Origin: Lama guanicoe
Taxonomy: Eukaryota
Reading direction: 5' to 3'
Length of the DNA: 64,000 nucleotides
NCBI GenBank assembly: GCA_013239625.1
Contig: MU053652.1
Coordinates: forward strand, 5,881,902-5,945,901
The notes beneath the pieces are model-generated. The model worked only from the letters and a program-made list of their open reading frames with translations, made no database searches and was not told the DNA's origin. The position numbers and the translations under genes are program-made. This document shows positions 61,181 to 64,000 of this stretch, one piece after another. Position 1 is the stretch's first letter. Each line of letters begins with the position of its first letter.

Positions 61181-63658
61181 TGGGCAACTTTCCCAGTTGA
61201 AGGCCCAGGCTTAGTTACTGAGACTCAAGAAAGTGTCCCAGGCCTTTTCAGTTGAGCAGCTGGGACTTGCAACCAGCTCTGCCTGACTAGGCAGTCCTCT
61301 TTCTCCTCTGCCAGCTGCCTCTTAGTCACTTTGTCTTTCTGCCTTACTGCAGGCCCATGTTTTCATCCCTCTGTGGCTCGGGAGGTACATATATTTTCTT
61401 TGTGTATCTTAGTCGATATTTCTGTACAGTTGAATGTGTTAATGTTTCTTTCCCATCCTTCTCCTATAGTGTCCTTGAAACCCAAACAGTTTAAATTCAG
61501 CATAAGCTGACACGTGTTTGCTCACCTGAAAGTGATTACTTTTTAGGGTGCAGTGCAGTTCTTGGCATGACTCTCCCTGGTTTAAGAGTTGCCTACTTTG
61601 CAGTTACTACATACGTGTGCAGTCTTGGGAAAGCATGACACAGAGTGTGACAGTCTCATCTCTGGTGTACCAAGTAGTGGAGCAAATGGGGTTCTTGTGG
61701 AATTCAGAATAAATCTTAAATTTGGTTCTATATGCATAAATGTGTTTATTCATATCAGCTCGCCAGTTCTTCTTCCTCCCCACAGCAACTACAAGAAAAT
61801 GATTTAATTATTTTAAATAGTTGCCGCATACTTAAGAAAAAGTCAGAGAGGAGCTAAATAAAGAAATGCTTCTTAACCTACAAATTTAGTGTGGAATTAT
61901 TTCTACTACATGCTAAGACTGTAGTAAAAAAAAAAATTCAACCAATTGGATGTTTGCTTTCTTGGGAATAAAAGGACTAATATGACTTACATTTTTATTT
62001 CCACTGAATTGACCAACTGTTTGCTAGATCACTACTACATTAACATTAAGAGCTGTATAATAATTTCAGAAAAAGGAAAATAGACCCTAACATCTCAGTT
62101 TGTAAAACTAAACTGTCTCCTGAGAAATTCTTAGAAAGCAAAGCTCAACAACTATATGTCAGTCAACAAATTTAAAATTCATGTCAAGCTCATCTCAGGA
62201 ACTCACATTGTAAGGTATATAGCACTTTGCAAACTTGAGCAGATCTGCCTTTTTCCTAAGAGGGAACAAAACTCAAAAGGATGCACTTTGATGTGCAAAA
62301 AACCTTAACGGAGGTCCATGTGGTATTCCTGGACCAATAAGAATTTACCTTGTGTTCCAGGGATGTGAGATACTGTCAGAGTTTTAGATTTCATTAATGA
62401 AAACAGAAAACAATCTTACTATACATTTTATAAGGCTGACTTCATTTCCCATCACACAAACACTTAGCTATATGTTGTTAATTTTAAGCTATATGCTAAA
62501 ACACATCACAACTTTACCATCAGTGTTTTAAATGGATAGCTGGCATATAGCCTTTGACAATATTTAGCACTTTATAACAACACATTAATGCTAACTTTAG
62601 AAACTATAGCATAATGAAATTTAACAGCCAATTAAGTTGAGGAGTCACTGTCAGCTTCCCCAGTTCTGCTTTTAGATGAAAGACAGAAGCAAACACAGGA
62701 AGTAGGGGGCAAACTCTGGCTCCTGTAAAATCTGAAGGGTTGTGGGCTTGAAGTGTTAGGGAATAGAAAAACACATTATCTAAACGGTCGGAAAAGAAAT
62801 CAGGTGATTTCTTTTTAAATTTAGAAATGGTAACAGTGTTCAGTCTTTCTGTTTATCGCTACGTTCATACATTGATCTCTGAAAAAGTCTCACTGACTCA
62901 TGTGGCAGCAGCCCCTAGACAACCTTCTGAATGTTTACTTTAAAAGAAAAAAAAAAGCAAAGTTGGATGTATTTAATCTTCACTCAAGCTAATTGGGGTT
63001 TATAACTAGTCAAGGAAATAAATAGTTTGACTAGTGAAAATTTAGATGTTTTCCTTTACTAAGATGCTGTGGTCTTTGAGAAGTAATATAAACTCATTAT
63101 ATATGAAGTTGAAAAATGTTGGATGGGGGAATTCCAAGGAAGAGTATGTCTATTCAGTTGGGGTATCTATATTAAAATATATTAGGAAAGTGTTGTATAT
63201 AACTTTATCTCAATTATTGAATGCTCAGAAATAGCTTTATAGATTGATAGGAGGTTGCAGTAGCATTAAAATAAAATTCTAGTGTATGAAGTCCAGAACA
63301 TTTAGGTGCAGAACAAATTTTAAAATATAAAATATTCATACACAGCTAGCTCTTCCATATATCACATGGATTGTGGAAAATTTCCAAATTCCTTAGTGTT
63401 CTCATTGTCATTACTTTCTTTGAATCAATTTTGCCTTTGGCATTTTCTGCCAGTTCAGTGCCTGCTCACCACAGTTTACCCTGTAGTAATGTAGACATAG
63501 AAATCTTTTTTTCTTTAAAATCCATGAAAGAAAACAAAATCAGATAAATAAATAGTAATGCTCACATAAAAGATGCCAGTGCTTGCATGCGTGCATGCGC
63601 GCGTGCAGCAGAGAGGTTTACCGAGCAGCAATGCAAACCTCATAACCTGAAATGTGAG

Positions 63659-64000
63659 TGCTATAGACAGAATGTGTTCCCCCCAAATTCCTGTGTTGAA
63701 ACCCTATCCCCTAATGTGATGGTATTTGGAGGCGGACCTTTGGGAGGTGATTAGAATTAGATACCGCCATGAGGGTAGAGCCCTCATGAATGGCATTAGT
63801 GCCCTTCGAAGAGTCACGGGAGAGCTTGCTTCCTCTCTGCTCTTTGCCATAAGTAAACGGCTGCCTGAAATGCCAGAAGAGAGCCTTCATCAGAACCCAG
63901 ACAGGCTGGCATCCTGAGCCAGGACTTTCAGACTCAGAGCTGTGAGAAATAAAATTCTTCTTGTTTACAAGCCACTCAGTCCATGATAATTTATCATAGC
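63659..64000 (+). mobile_element. MaLR LTR (MLT1A-like), runs off the window edge
   Basis: tgctatagacagaatgtgttccccccaaattc...gccctcatgaatggcattagtgccc...gtgagaaataaa. Confidence 0.9.

Overview
This is AT-rich, repeat-dense mammalian genomic DNA, either intergenic or deep intronic. I cannot support any host exon, RNA gene or CRISPR array. Cetartiodactyl-type L1 3' ends, together with no recognisable Bov-A/BovB, PRE1 or CHR SINEs, suggest a camelid (inference). Most of the window is layered transposon relics: ancient MIR, L2, L3, L1M, MER5/MER3/MER33/MER53 and MLT1 LTRs. It also holds a decayed 6.3 kb ERV1-class provirus (22243-28549, minus) with both LTRs and a TSD, a solo MER41-like LTR, and several lineage L1 fragments, one young with an open ORF2 C-terminus. 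The most unusual structure is a 466 bp TG...CA element with 91 bp terminal inverted repeats and a 5 bp TSD that carries a polyadenylated MLT1A retrocopy (55618-56083). Other highlights are strong CpG retention at the proviral 5' LTR only, an L1 ending at an internal A-tract, and a CTCF core plus upstream motif. Repeat family names come from recalled consensus sequences, not a database search, and the boundaries of old elements are approximate.
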